Shown here in pieces: positions 26,732 through 39,843 of a DNA stretch of 64,000 nucleotides. A program made the position numbers and the translations under genes. Location: NCBI RefSeq assembly GCF_009914755.1, contig NC_060926.1, one strand, 5' to 3'. How positions within the stretch are numbered: position 1 is the first letter of the stretch; each line of letters begins with the position of its first letter. Origin of the DNA: the human T2T-CHM13v2.0 reference genome, Homo sapiens. Under the pieces are notes generated by a model. That model did no database searches, was not told the DNA's origin, and saw only the letters and a program-made list of their open reading frames with translations.

Positions 26732-27040
26732 CAGTGCTTATGTGGTAGAAATATGAGCCATATATGTAATTCTAAAGTTTCTAATAGCCATATTAAAAAG
26801 TAAAAAGAAACAGCTGAGATTAATTTTAACAATATATTCTAAACTCAAAATGTCAGAAATGTTATTTCAACAAGTAACCATATCAAAATTATTAAAATGG
26901 TATATTGCATTTAGTTTTGTGCAAAGTCTTAGAAATGCAGTATATATTTGACACTTATGGCACATCTTAATTCAGACCAGCCACATTTCTGGTATTCAGC
27001 AGCAATGTGTGGCTGGTGGCTACCTTGTTGGACAGCATAA
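26732..27040. mobile_element. MER33 hAT-Charlie MITE
   Basis: gagccatatatgtaatt..agccatattaaaaagtaaaaagaaacag..cagccacattt..gtggctaccttgttggacagc. Confidence 0.8.
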
Positions 27041-27048
27041 CTTTAGAA

Positions 27049-27524
<476 letters not shown>

Positions 27525-28910
27525 CTTTAGAAATTCAGGAAAACTCATTGTAGGTAGGGTACTTAGGGAAGGATGCAGAAGAGTCATTTCCATATCATAA
27601 TGTCTCACTAAGATATTTCACCAAAACAACTGAAAAACAGAGGTCTTTTATAATTTACAGAAAAACAGATTGAATTAACAATAGGATTTTTTAAAACAAA
27701 TTTAAGGTTGTTTTACTCGGATTTTCTTAAATACTGATGCTTACAACATTGGTCTTTATTTTGAATAAGAAGTAAGTTCAGCTCAAGAGCAAGGAACGTG
27801 TTGTGCATTTGTGGAAAGTAAACAAAATCAGGCCGGGAAGGACCACCATGCGACAGGCTGGGCATGCCAGGCTGAAGTGTTTGGATTTTGTCCTGCAGAG
27901 AGAAAATGATACTATTTCTGCTCCAGTCAGTGGTTTCTTGCTCTCTGCCTGACACCAACTCCCTCAGAGGGCAATTTCTCTCCTGGGAAATGCAAATAGC
28001 TTTGTTTTCTTTGAGATAATTGCTTATTTTGAATAATATATGCTGTGCATAAGTAATGAGTGGAGAGACAGTGTGCAAACATGCCTTTGCTTTTCTTCAA
28101 CTGCCTCCTACTCGGGCACTAGAAGAGCGATGCTGGGGTGGACAAGCCCACCTCCCCAACAGCAGTCCCATTGTCTCTGCACTGACACATCAGCATTGCT
28201 ACCACACAGTCTCTCTGCTGGGCTGGGAACAGCCGGCTTCAACCTGCTGCCTTGTTTACTAAATGGAATCAGCAGATAATTTCACGGTGATATAGACAGC
28301 GTGAAAATCTCACTCAAGATTCATAAATCCTGCTTTAAATTCGGCCAGCTTGTACACAAGCTGCCCTCTCAGCTCTTTCCAATTGGAAGTTGCAGTCACA
28401 CCAAGAATGGAAGATGGAGTTTGAGACAGAGAAGTACATGCCTAGTCTGACTACCTAGTCCCAGGGAAGGATGTAGAGACCGAAGTGATTTGGGCCAGGT
28501 AAGTGGGGAGAGAGGCATTCATCACAATACTCAGTCACAAAGTGGAGGAAATGCAAGTCATAGTGCAAACAGCTGTGGCCTGAGAATCAGGATCACTGAG
28601 GTCTTATTGGATAAATCTGCTAATCACGTGTCACAGGCCAAGAGGATGTTAAGCTTGTTCTCTCCTCCAAATTTATTTAACTCCTAATAAAACATATATG
28701 GTTTAGGGGATATCCCAGAGGTTTAGATGAAAGTTCTGAATTTGGGAAGACAAAAGGAGTGAAGGTTAAGGTGAGCCACTTGGAAACAGTCATGCCATGA
28801 GAAAGAAGAAATCTAATGCCAACTGAGCTCCTGAAGTGTGGACTTCTGATCTTTGTCCATTTTTGATCTTTGAGTCTCCACAGTTTTCAGCATACAGGAT
28901 GTTTCTTTCA

Positions 28911-29207
28911 GGCTGGGTGTGGTGGCTCACACCTGTAATCCCAGCACTTTGGGAGGCCTAGGCAGGCAGATCATGAGGTCAGGAGTTCGAGACAAGCCTG
29001 AGCAACACTGTGAAACCTCGTCTCTACTAAAAATACGAAAATTAGTCAGGCGTGGTGGCGTGTGCCTGTAATCCCACTACTCAGGAGGCTGAGGCAAGAG
29101 AATTGCTTGAACCTGGGAGGCAGAGGTTGCAGTGAGCCAAGATCACCCCACTATACTCCAGCCTGGGTGACAAAGCGAGACTCTGACTCAAAAAAAAAAA
29201 AAAAAAA
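28911..29207 (+). mobile_element. AluSg-like
   Basis: Full dimer, gatcatgaggtcaggagttcgagac, A18 tail; no clear TSD. Confidence 0.9.
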
Positions 29208-30013
29208 TCACAATTTCAATGAAAGTCTTCTCATTTCATTGAAACACACACACACACTTAAAAAAGACATGACCTATGTATTGTGAGTCATTATTAGTAT
29301 GTTAGGCAAAGTATTCTGTTACTTCCTTGGACTGAATGGAATTTTTTATTAAGCAACCATTGCAAATGACATGGGTCAGTTTTGCTGGAGAATTTCTTGA
29401 GAAGCTGTGGGCAAAGTGACCACAGAAAGGCTAGCATCATGTGACAGTGGCTGCGGTCCTGTTCCATTTTATGCTCTATTCTATGTGTTCACTCTTCTTA
29501 GGCAAGCATAGCCACTAAATTCTGCAGTCTAATCAGCCTAAAAACTGAGCTCCATAAATTTGGAAAAAAAAATCCATGAATTTAGAAAAAAAATCAATGG
29601 AGAATTGGTGGTTTTAACCCACGTTAAAAGTGAGTATTTACAGAATCAAGGACAGATGGGCTAGCACCATAATCTTACCCTGGCAAAATCTCTGAGGTAT
29701 GTGATATTGCCACTGGACAAAGTGGAAAGACCACTGATTGGGGAAAGTTTCTTTTTATTTCCTTTTTGGCCATTTTGTGTTTATTCAGAAGAGTTCATAG
29801 AAACAATCTTCAAATTTTAAAGCAAATATAACCATGAGCATTTCCCTGAAGCTAAATCCAAGACCACACGTCTACACATCTTCATTTCTCAATTGCATAA
29901 TTTTGGAGATGGTGTTTTCTGTGTGGAAAAGGAGTCCAGACTCATCTGTGACTTTTTTGGAAAAACTACAAAAAGATTGAGATGGTTACTACAACATCTT
30001 ATTCTTATTAGTC

Positions 30014-30417
30014 TGCATTAGCTTGTTTGGGCTACCATAACAAAATACCACACACTAGATGGCCTAAACAACAGAAATTTATTTCCTCACAGTTCTGGAA
30101 TCTGAACTCTGAAATCAAGGTGCCGGTCTGGTTGTTTTCTGGTTGGTCTCTTCCTGGCCTGCAGATGGCTGGCTGCCTTCTAGCTATGTCCTCTTGTGAC
30201 CTTTCACTGGTGCCTGCATACAGAGAGAGAAAGAGTATGAGCTCTCTGATGCACATTCTTATAAAGGCATCAATTCTATGCAATCAGGGCCCCATCTTTA
30301 TGATCTCATTTAACCTTAATTAGTTCTTTTGAGTCCCAATCTCCAAATATAGTCACATTAGGGGTTAAGACTTCAACGTAAGGATTTTGGGAGGAAACAA
30401 ACATTTAGTCTTTAATG
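30014..30417 (-). mobile_element. MSTC/MLT1A-like MaLR solo LTR
   Basis: tgcattag..ccataacaaaatacca..aacaacagaaatttatttcctcacagttctgga..catttaaccttaatta. Confidence 0.85.
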
Positions 30418-31149
30418 GGATATATTCATATATCATGGAAGGAGCAAGAGCTTGTCCTAATACCATACCATATATAGTGGGTAGACTTTAGGGTAGGGTT
30501 ACTTCATGGAATGAAGATCATAAATGTTTATGTAGGGTTTCAATTTCTCAAATCTAAGTGATAGAGTATAAGAACATGAAATCTGCTGACTATGGGAAGT
30601 GATTTCCAGTGGGAAATGGTTGCACCTGACCTCAGAGTAGAGGCTGAGCTAGACTGGATTTCAGAGTTTCTATCCACCCTGTCTTGGGATCATACTATTG
30701 ATCAAATAAGCCTTCCTAGGAGAAGAAACACTAAGCCCTAGCAAGTCTGCCGAACTCTAATCATCAGGGAATGGATTAAAGCCAACAGATGAAGATTAAA
30801 AGACAGCATTACCATTCTTAGAGATTCTTGGATAAATTACAAAATTCAATTTAGAGGGACTCAAGGGCTGATTGTCATACACCTATTGGTCACTGAACAC
30901 TTATGCTTGTGGTAGAGAAGCCTTCACCTTGCCTCCAAGGGACAGGGTGAATCATGCATGTTCAAATTGTATTGCTTAGTTTACAGGCAAATAAATTTGT
31001 CTGCCAGCTGCCTGGACTAGAAAAAAATGATGTGTCTCATTTACATAGCAAAGCGAAACAGTGAAGGGTCTTGATAAAATATAGGTGCTATTGCCCAGGT
31101 CTGAGTGCAATAGACATGAAAGAGATGTGGCTGGTGATAAGAAACGACA

Positions 31150-32050
31150 AATTCTAGGAGAAAAATGTATTTATTTGGAAGATGCTCACTTTCTGCAAAA
31201 AGGTTAGTTTAAACATCTGAGCTAATGTACTGTAAACTGTTAAACTATTTCCTAAACAAAGGGAGTGCATAAACGACATATTGATTGTTTTTCGTTGGTG
31301 CATTGTGTATTTTAGGTTACAGCTTGTTTGCAACTGAAAGTAAACTGTAGCAATGTGATGGATTTGCCTATGTGTGAAATGGATCTTCAACAAGGGAATC
31401 ACAAAACGTTTACACTTCTAGACATGAGCACTCCCAACACACCGTAGTCTGCCTTTCCAATTTCATCCAACTGTGATGGAAGGAAGAAAAAATTCCGTAA
31501 CATCAATGTGCACTTAATTGTCAGAGGGAAATAAAATTACAAAGTTTAGTAATACCATAAAAATCTGTGCTGTTATGCAAGAATCTAAAATTACATGCTC
31601 TCTAAAGGAAAATCATTACACTATAGGGACTCACAAAAGCTTTCCAAACAGAGCTGCATAATCTCACAGTTAAGAGCAGTTTCTTCTGGTTGAAAGAGAC
31701 TAAAAACAAAACAACAAAAAAAGCACTCATTGTCATGTTGTAACGGTCGACCCATTCAAGGTGACTGTGGGTCATTTTGCTGTTTTGAGCCTGTGATGTT
31801 AGGAATGTAAGGGTGAAGATAATGTGTTTTATATGTATAAATTTAAACTGTGCTCTATTATTTGATGTGAACTCCAATTAGCACGTTCTTTTACATTCTA
31901 ATAGGTGGCTCAATCATCTGTTTTTTAAAAAAGCAATGGGATTCTCTTAAAGGTGGCCATAATTAAGGCGGGAAGGCGGGGCGGGGAGGGGAGAAAAAGA
32001 AAGAACACAAATAATTAGCTCATATAATTGAGGTGATTTTCCTAAGGATA
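31150..32050. promoter_or_regulatory. Candidate enhancer / conserved non-coding element
   Basis: Repeat-free; retained CpGs; TAATTA/TAATTG, CATTGT, GC-box and GGCGGGAA motifs. Confidence 0.45.
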
Positions 32051-32454
32051 GAAGCCATGTATCTTCTCCTTAAAGGAGGGTAGGGGGGAAAGGGCACTGG
32101 GTTTTGTTAATGCATCTTCTGACATAGAATTTAAGCTTTGTTTGTTCTATACATGGTGATGTAAAATGACATATTCTGGGTCTCTGGATGTGGGAAAAGT
32201 TAATGGGGTTTCAAGGTATTGCTTTGGATTTCTCTTCTCTCTGCTCTTCTCCGTCAAAACTCGCTATTATTTCCTGTTGGATTCCCAAGAGATCACCTAT
32301 CAGAAGCAGAAGGGTAAGCTCAACTATGCAGCTTACAGAAGTACAGGCACCACCATTACCAAGATAATTATCTTAAATTCTTTGACCACATGCCTTGCCT
32401 CAGTCAAGACTCCTCCATCTGTGCAAAAATTTTGCCCTGCTCACATATCCCAGG

Positions 32455-32610
32455 GTGATTCAGTGGAGAGAAAATGGCTTTGGACTCAGACTACATTGGA
32501 TTGTAGGATTGAGTCCACTTGTTAGACTAGGATGTCAAGTATTGTTTTGAATTAATGTTATCTTCAGTTTTATCCTCTGTAAATTGGAGAAAATACCTAT
32601 TTCATTAGAA
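32455..32610 (+). mobile_element. MIR fragment
   Basis: cagtggagagaaaatggctttggactcagac..tcagttttatcctctgtaaa. Confidence 0.6.
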
Positions 32611-32794
32611 TCAAGGAAAAAAATGCACATTTCTTTCCTTTGTCTTGGCAGCAGATTTAAGTCTGCGGGCAATGAACAATTGCCAGAAGGAGGAAACTCA
32701 ATTCTGGCAAAAGTGAGTACAAAGAAAAAAGTACCAAGTATTAATGGCCATGGTATTTAAGGTCAATTTAATACAGAATTACAAGTAGGCCTGC

Positions 32795-32913
32795 TAGGTT
32801 TCTTATAAGTATATCCCATGCAATATTTGGCACACAGTCATAGTTTAAAAAATTGTTATTTATCTGAAATTCAAATTAAACTCTGTGCTCTGGTATTTAA
32901 TTTGGTAACACTA
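32795..32913. mobile_element. MER53 hAT MITE (half)
   Basis: ataagtatatcccatgcaatatttgg..ttatttatctgaaattcaaatt..tttggtaacacta. Confidence 0.7.
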
Positions 32914-33669
32914 ATCACAAAGTGTCATGGATATGTGGCAAAAAGGCTGAATATCAGTGTGAAGGTCAGCAGGCCAGGCTGATACACATGGAGAAACTGC
33001 CAGCTGATTATTACTGAGTTGAAGCATTAAATACTAAGGTACTTGCTGAGATGCTTGGAAGAATCAGGTTTAACTAATGACTATGATATGTTAGCACTTA
33101 TCCAGATAAAGAATTGATAATTGCTAAGAGATCATAATTATGATATTGTGTTTAATCCGAAATTAATTTGTAGCAAGAGATTACTAATGTTGATTTATTA
33201 TACCCAGTTACAAGATGTATGTGGATTACCTTGAACCAACTGTTTGTAGCTTAGGAAGGGAGAACCTACCACATGCAGGGTTTACTCTCCCCTTAGGAAA
33301 TAAACATGAAGGGAATAAGTCACTTCACCACTGGACATCACTGGGCAGCATTAGAGCATGGGGACTCTCAGGTGGACAGGTTCTGTGGTCCTCAAGATGT
33401 TCTGGGCCTCTGAAGGCCTGCCCAGGCCTGGGCCTCTTGGAGAATCACTGGGGGACTAGATGGGGCCTGTCCTAACCCCTCTTCTGCAGGAAGTGGGACT
33501 AGTGTCTTTTCGCTTTCTCTCTCTCTCATTTGCTAAATTTAAATTAAAGCACACACTGAATGCCAGCCCAGATCATCCACCACCTATTTTGAGAACTGTG
33601 TACTTACTGTGTTTCTGCTGGTGGGTACGTGTCTTTCATCTGGGATTGTGCCCTCGTTAGATACTAGTG

Positions 33670-36600
33670 CTACTGCCAAGAGACCTGAATGGCTTTTGGA
33701 TATTGCATTCCCACTTGCAGTAAACAAGTGGGTACATCTTTCCCAATATGTGATATTGATTTTTTTTGCCTTATAGATATAAAATTGTGTTTTATTATTT
33801 TCATGTCCATTTCTTTGTATACTGGTGAGTTTGACAGTTTCTTCTTATACTTATTAGTCATTTTGTCCTCTTCATCTATTACCTGTGAATATCTTTGCTC
33901 ACATTTCTGTTGGGGCTTCTGACCTTATATACTAGATATTGTCTTAAAACTTTTAAACGTGATACTTATCTTCTCCCTGCTATCATGTTTCACTGTCTTA
34001 ATTGTGCCAACAATGTCTTTTAATGAACAGAGTTCTTAATTTCTATGTAACCATATCTATTAATATCTCTATATTGTATATGCTTTTGGCATATTGTCAA
34101 ATACCTATCTCTCCACTCCTGAGTATTACAATTATTTTTTTTCTGTTACATCTTAGATGCTTTTTCATCACATTGTATATTTAATCTGGACCCACCATTA
34201 TATATGATGTTAATTAGGGTACATGATTTTTCTCCTTATTGTAAGTTTGTTTCCATTATACCATTCTAAACAATATGCTGCTTTCAGTTTCATTATTTGT
34301 CAATTAAGCATGCTATTTCTGAGCTATTTTCATACATTGGTTCCTTTGTTGCTGTGCCAATATCAGCCTTTTAAATTACTACGGCCTTATAATAAGTCTT
34401 CATAACTGATGGAGTTAGCATTCTCTTTTTATTTTTATTTGATAAAATTGTAATAGCTGTTCATGGGCCTAAATTCTGGCACAAACATTTTTAAAATGAG
34501 TTTGACAAGTTTCTCCAAAATTCAACCCAGAAATTTTAATAGAAACCATTTTTATTTGTAGCTTAATTTAAAGACTTTCTATTTTTGTAACAATTTGCAT
34601 AGAATAGGAATTAACTCCTTCATAGAAATTCAGTGGAGTTTGCCTATAAAAACACTTGGACCTGCAGCTTTGAGGAGGATGGATTTTACCTATTATTTTA
34701 TATTTCTAAATGTCTATTATCAGGTTAATGTTTCCATTTTTTCTAATGTCATTTATTTTGGAAATGTATTTCATCTACTTTTTTTTACTAATTTATTAAT
34801 CTATTAAATGTATTTTAATCTGTTTTTGTCATTAGCAATTTTGTCCTTTTCAATATATATTTTTAAAATATGCATCCTTTTTTTCTTGAATTATCATATC
34901 AGAAGTGTACAATATTAGTGTTTTCCAAATATCAGTATCGGGTATTAACTTTATTATTTTTCTTAATGCACTGTTTCATTGAAATGTGCCCTTAGATTCC
35001 TTTTTTTTTTTCTGATTTGATTTTACTCTGTTGATTGTTTTCTAACTAATTATGTTGTCATCTTAGCTCATTTAAAACATGTATTTACTGACAACTACAG
35101 TTAAATTTAGTGCATAAGTTGGGTCTTACAAATTTTCAAATTTATTTATTACCATTCAGTTCTAATTTTTCATGATATGCTTTATGAACATAGGGTTATT
35201 TACTAGTTTACCAGCATGATATTTTGTTTGCAGACACATGGAATTTTTAATGCTATCTGTTGTTATTAATTTCTGTTTTTGAAGGGGTCATAGGAAATAG
35301 TATGCATGGGGTTGCTTTCTTTTTTAAAATTTTGTTATATCTTTTTCTCCATTTCTCTCTTCCTTTCTACTTATTTATTTTAATAATTTTTGTGGCTTTC
35401 TTTCAGTATTGCATGGTCAATTTTCTAAATGTCACGTGTACTCGAATATGTATTGTTTCTTGGGTGCAAAGCTCTAGACTTGTCTCATAGATTAATTTGA
35501 TCTCTATATGATATTATCTATGTTTTTTATATATCTGTTCATTACGCCTCCTGGGTCTATCAATTTCTGAGAATAGTATGATAAAATCTCTAGCAAGAAT
35601 TCACAGGGTCTCTATATTTTTCTTTGGTTTGGCTTTATGTATTTTGAAACTGTATTATTATAGTCATAACTATTTATAATTTATTTTCTTGACCAATTGT
35701 ACTTCTTACCATTATGATGAACCTCTTTGATATTTTGTAATATTTTTGTCTCAAATTATATTTTGCTAGATATTAATAACACTCCTTCAGATGTCTTTTG
35801 GTTATGTTTACATGACATATTTTTTCCATCTTTTATTTTCAGTTCTTATTTTCAAATCATTACAGATAATATATTTTTGCATGTTTCTTTTTAATTTCAG
35901 TCTGAGTTATGGTCTTTTCATTTGTGAATTTAATCCAATAATATTATAGATTAATATTATTATATTAGAATTTGTTTCTGTTCCTTTATTTTACATTTTT
36001 CCTTTAATGTCTTTCTTTTTTTTAAATTTTTTTCTCTTTCCCTTTTTGCGTTGGCCATGAAAGGTTTTCTTCTGATGGTTTTAAAATTATATATTCTACT
36101 TTTGTTTTTACACTATCTTTATGCAAAGAACACTTCTCATATTTATGTCTATGTTGATCTCTTAAATATTTTATCTATATCTCTTCCATAACCAGTCAGA
36201 AAAGGTATCAGACTCTCAAATCCTTTTGGCCTTTCCACCTACTTCATCTCTACTGAATATTAGTTCTAGGTTTATATCACAATATAGACTACTGTTCTTC
36301 TCTCATCCTAGTTTCAAGGCACAACTATGGTCTTTGCTAAAATACTAAATTATCCTTACTTCTTATACAGGTTGCCGTATCTACCTGGTTGTAGTTTTCT
36401 TATTTGAATGCCTCTCCCTAGAGTATTTTTCCAAGTGGATTTTTGTATCCCTAAATCTTCCGAGGCTGACATGCTTGAGAATATTTTTACTTACCTCCCT
36501 ATTGCCATTTAGCTAACGAAATAATAATTCTGAAACCTGAGATTGATCTCATTCAGTTTCATTATAGAAAACCAGAATTTTTTTCTGGAGATGTCTCTGT

Positions 36601-37170
36601 GTTTGCTACTTCTAAAGTGTTTAGGTAGGGATATTTTCTTACTTATCCTAATTAGACCTTTCTGGGCCCTTTCAGTCTGAAGTCTCACATCTTGTTTTAA
36701 TTTTAGGAATTTTATCCTCATTAGCTTTTGCAAATATTTCCTTTCCTGTGTTTATTACTTTTTGTTCTTCAGAAACTCTTACAGAGGTTGGGACTTCTAC
36801 ATCTATCTTCTGTATGTATTGCTTAACTTTTCTCTTGCATCTTCTTTATCCTGTTTTGTATTCTGAGAGTTCCTCAATCTGATCTTTGAGCTTGCTCATT
36901 CACTCTTTCGTTATACTCATCTATTTAGGCCATTTAAAATATTTCAGCTACCATATTCTGCATTCTTAGTATTTCCAACTTTTTATGATTCATTGCTTTT
37001 GCTTTATATTAATACCCTCTCTCCTATCTTTGAGAGTATTTATTGTGCTTATTTTCTATTCTTAGGCCATCTGTTCCAATAAGTCTGTTTTATATACCGT
37101 ATGCTGTTTAGTTTGTAGTATTTATGTATAATAATATTCTTCAGATGTGTAAAAATTTGGCATGCTACTT
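33670..37170 (-). mobile_element. Ancient L1M (L1ME-like), fragmented ORF2 and ORF1
   Basis: T-rich antisense L1 text; ORF 36509-36733(-) LQTERAQKGLIRISKK resembles L1 ORF1p. Confidence 0.7.
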
Positions 37171-37277
37171 CATTTTCCTAATAGTTACCTTTTATGGCAA
37201 TAGCCAGGCCCAAATTCGAGGCCATGTTGGACATCTAAAGGGAGGCAATAAGCCTCAAATTGGAAAACTCTAGCATT

Positions 37278-37861
37278 TGTCGTGGACATACCTTAGATGA
37301 CCCCCAATAAGTCATGTCCTTATAAATATCCTCCCTTCCAGTGCAAGCAGAACCTATGACTTGCTTTTAACCAATACACCATAGAAAACATTGATGGAAT
37401 GATACCCCTTACCTCATGATTATATTTTGTTATATATTACCCTGTCTTAGCAGACTAGAGAGATAGATTCTCCTGCTTGTCTCGATGGAACAAGTAGTCA
37501 TGTTGTGAATTGCCTACGGAGAAGGCCACGTGATAGGAAACTGCAAGTGGCCTGCAGAAATGGAGATGAGCCCTGGATGAAAGCCAGCAAGAAAATCGGG
37601 ACCTCAGTCCTGTAGCTTCAGGATGACTTCTTCCAACAACCTGATGGAGATTGGAAGTGTACCTTTTCCCAGTCAAACCTCTGATGAGACTGCAGGCCCA
37701 GTCAAACCTGGATTGCTACCTGATGAAACTCTAGGGCAGAGGACCTATTTAAAGTGTGCCTGCACTTCATGACATGCAGATACTGTGAAATAATGAATAT
37801 GTGCTGTTTTACACCTCTAAGTTTGCAGCAATTCGTTATACAGCAATAGAAAACCAGTACA
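37278..37861 (+). mobile_element. MLT1E/F-like MaLR solo LTR
   Basis: TGT..gatgacccccaat..agccagcaagaaaatcgggacctcagtcct..ctaagtttg..gttatacagcaatagaaaaccagtaCA. Confidence 0.85.
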
Positions 37862-38259
37862 GCACCCACCCTCTGTTGAGTACTCCTCTTGGCTCCTATA
37901 CAACCAGTCAACTCTTCTGAATAGGTAGTGCCTTTAAATCATTAGAGGAAAGCACCATTAGGAGAAGGAAGTTGTTTCAGACGTAATTCACTAGCCATAA
38001 AGGGTTGAGATAATGGGGAGTTAGGGTGGATGTCCTCAGATGGATAGCAAACTCCCATCTGTTTTCATCATCACCACCACTCAGGTATAAATTCTCAAAG
38101 TCTTCATTATGTTATTCATGTTTTAGACAACAACACACTTTACTGGGGTATTTGGTTACCCTTATTTTTCAGATTTCATGGAGCATCCTCTAGGATTTCT
38201 TTTAGGGTTTTTAAAGAAGGGTTTTATTATCGTTGCCATCATCTGCATCCTAAAATTAA

Positions 38260-38990
38260 AAAAAAAATTACTTGCTGTAGGATTGAAGTTATTTTCCTTC
38301 AACACTTTGAAAATGTTAATATTCTGTCGCCTTGTTTTTTCTCTTGGTATTGAAAAGTTTTGTATCAATCTGAATGTTTTTCACTTAAAAATAACTGCAT
38401 TCTCTGAAAGCAGTTAGGATATTGTCTCAAATTTTCCTATAATACACATATGTGTGCATTTTTCTTTATACAATTTTGTACTTTTTAAGGTCTCTTCAAC
38501 TTAGGTGTTCATATTTTAAATTCTGAGAACTTTCTTCTGATTCTAGTTTTATCTATTTCTACCTCTTATTTGTTTTACTTCTTTCTGGTACTGTTACGAT
38601 TGGTTGGTGACAGTTGTGTCTCTATATTCCATATTTAAAAACTTGTTTGTTACATTTGCCATTATGTCATACTTTTCTGATGTTTTCAAAATAAGTTATT
38701 GAATACCACCTTTCTATTCATCAATTCTGATAATTATTCATCCTGTAACATATTTTGTGTATTATATATTCAATAAATCTACTTGTTTCTTTTTGATTAT
38801 TGCTTATTATTGATTAATATCATCAGTATATCCTACCTTATCTCTTTTAAGATATTTATCATGTTTGTTTTAAAATGGTAATCTCTGTATAACATTTATT
38901 CAGAACCATGGAGTATACACTATTATGTATGTTGCCATTCCATTGTAAAGACTGTGCTGAGATGATTTATTTTTCTCTTTAAGATCATTT
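38260..38990 (-). mobile_element. Ancient L1M ORF1-region fragment
   Basis: gttattttccttcaacactttgaaaatg; ORF 38162-38368(-) NIFKVLKENNFNP is ORF1p C-terminal-like. Confidence 0.6.
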
Positions 38991-39784
38991 ACCTTAGCCA
39001 TTCGTAGTTCCCAGGGGAGAAGGACCTCTGTTCTATTTTATTGACTTTAATGTTGTTGGATGGTGCTGACATATCCATTTACTGTGTTACCACCAGTCTT
39101 TCCTTCTTCTTAGGAAAGCCCAGGTACTTCTCCAAGAATTACTTTCTCTTGGCTGTAACTACCTACCTTTAAGGTTTAGAAGAGAAGATGATTATGCTCA
39201 GCAGCTGCCATTTCTCAGAGCATTTTATCCACTCCTAACTCAGCAGGTCTTCTGCACTGTGTTGTTGGTATCTTGTGAACAGAAAAATACTTAGCATAAT
39301 TTCTTTTTTTTTTTTCATAAGTTATTGGGGTATAGGAGGTATTTGGTTACATGAGTAAGTTCTTTAGGGGTGATTTGTGAGATTTTGGTGCACCCATAAC
39401 CCGAGCAGTATACACTGCACTCTATTTATAGTCTTTTATCCCTTGCCCCCCTCCCTCTCTTTCCCCCAAGTCCCCCAAGTCCATCGTATAATTCTTATGT
39501 CTTTGTGTCCTCATAGCTTAGCTCCCGCAAATTAGAACATACAGTGTTTGGTTTTCCATTCCTGAAGTACTTCACTTAGAATAATAGTCTCCAATCTCAA
39601 CCAGGTCACTGCAAATGTTCTTAATTAATTCCTTTTTATGGCTGAGTAGTATTCCATCATATATATCACAGTTTCTTTATCCACTTGTTGATTGATGGGC
39701 ATTTAGGTTGGTTCCACGATTTTGCAATTTTGAATTGTGCTGCTAGAAACGTGTGTGCAAGTTTCTTTTTTGGATAATGACTTC

Positions 39785-39843
39785 TTTTTTTAAGTTAATT
39801 TATTTTTTTATTATACTTTAAGTTATAGGGTACATGTGCACAG
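39785..39843 (-). mobile_element. Younger L1PA 3' tip nested in the L1PB
   Basis: ttttttattatactttaagttatagggtacatgtgcaca is the reverse L1PA 3' end plus tail. Confidence 0.8.
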
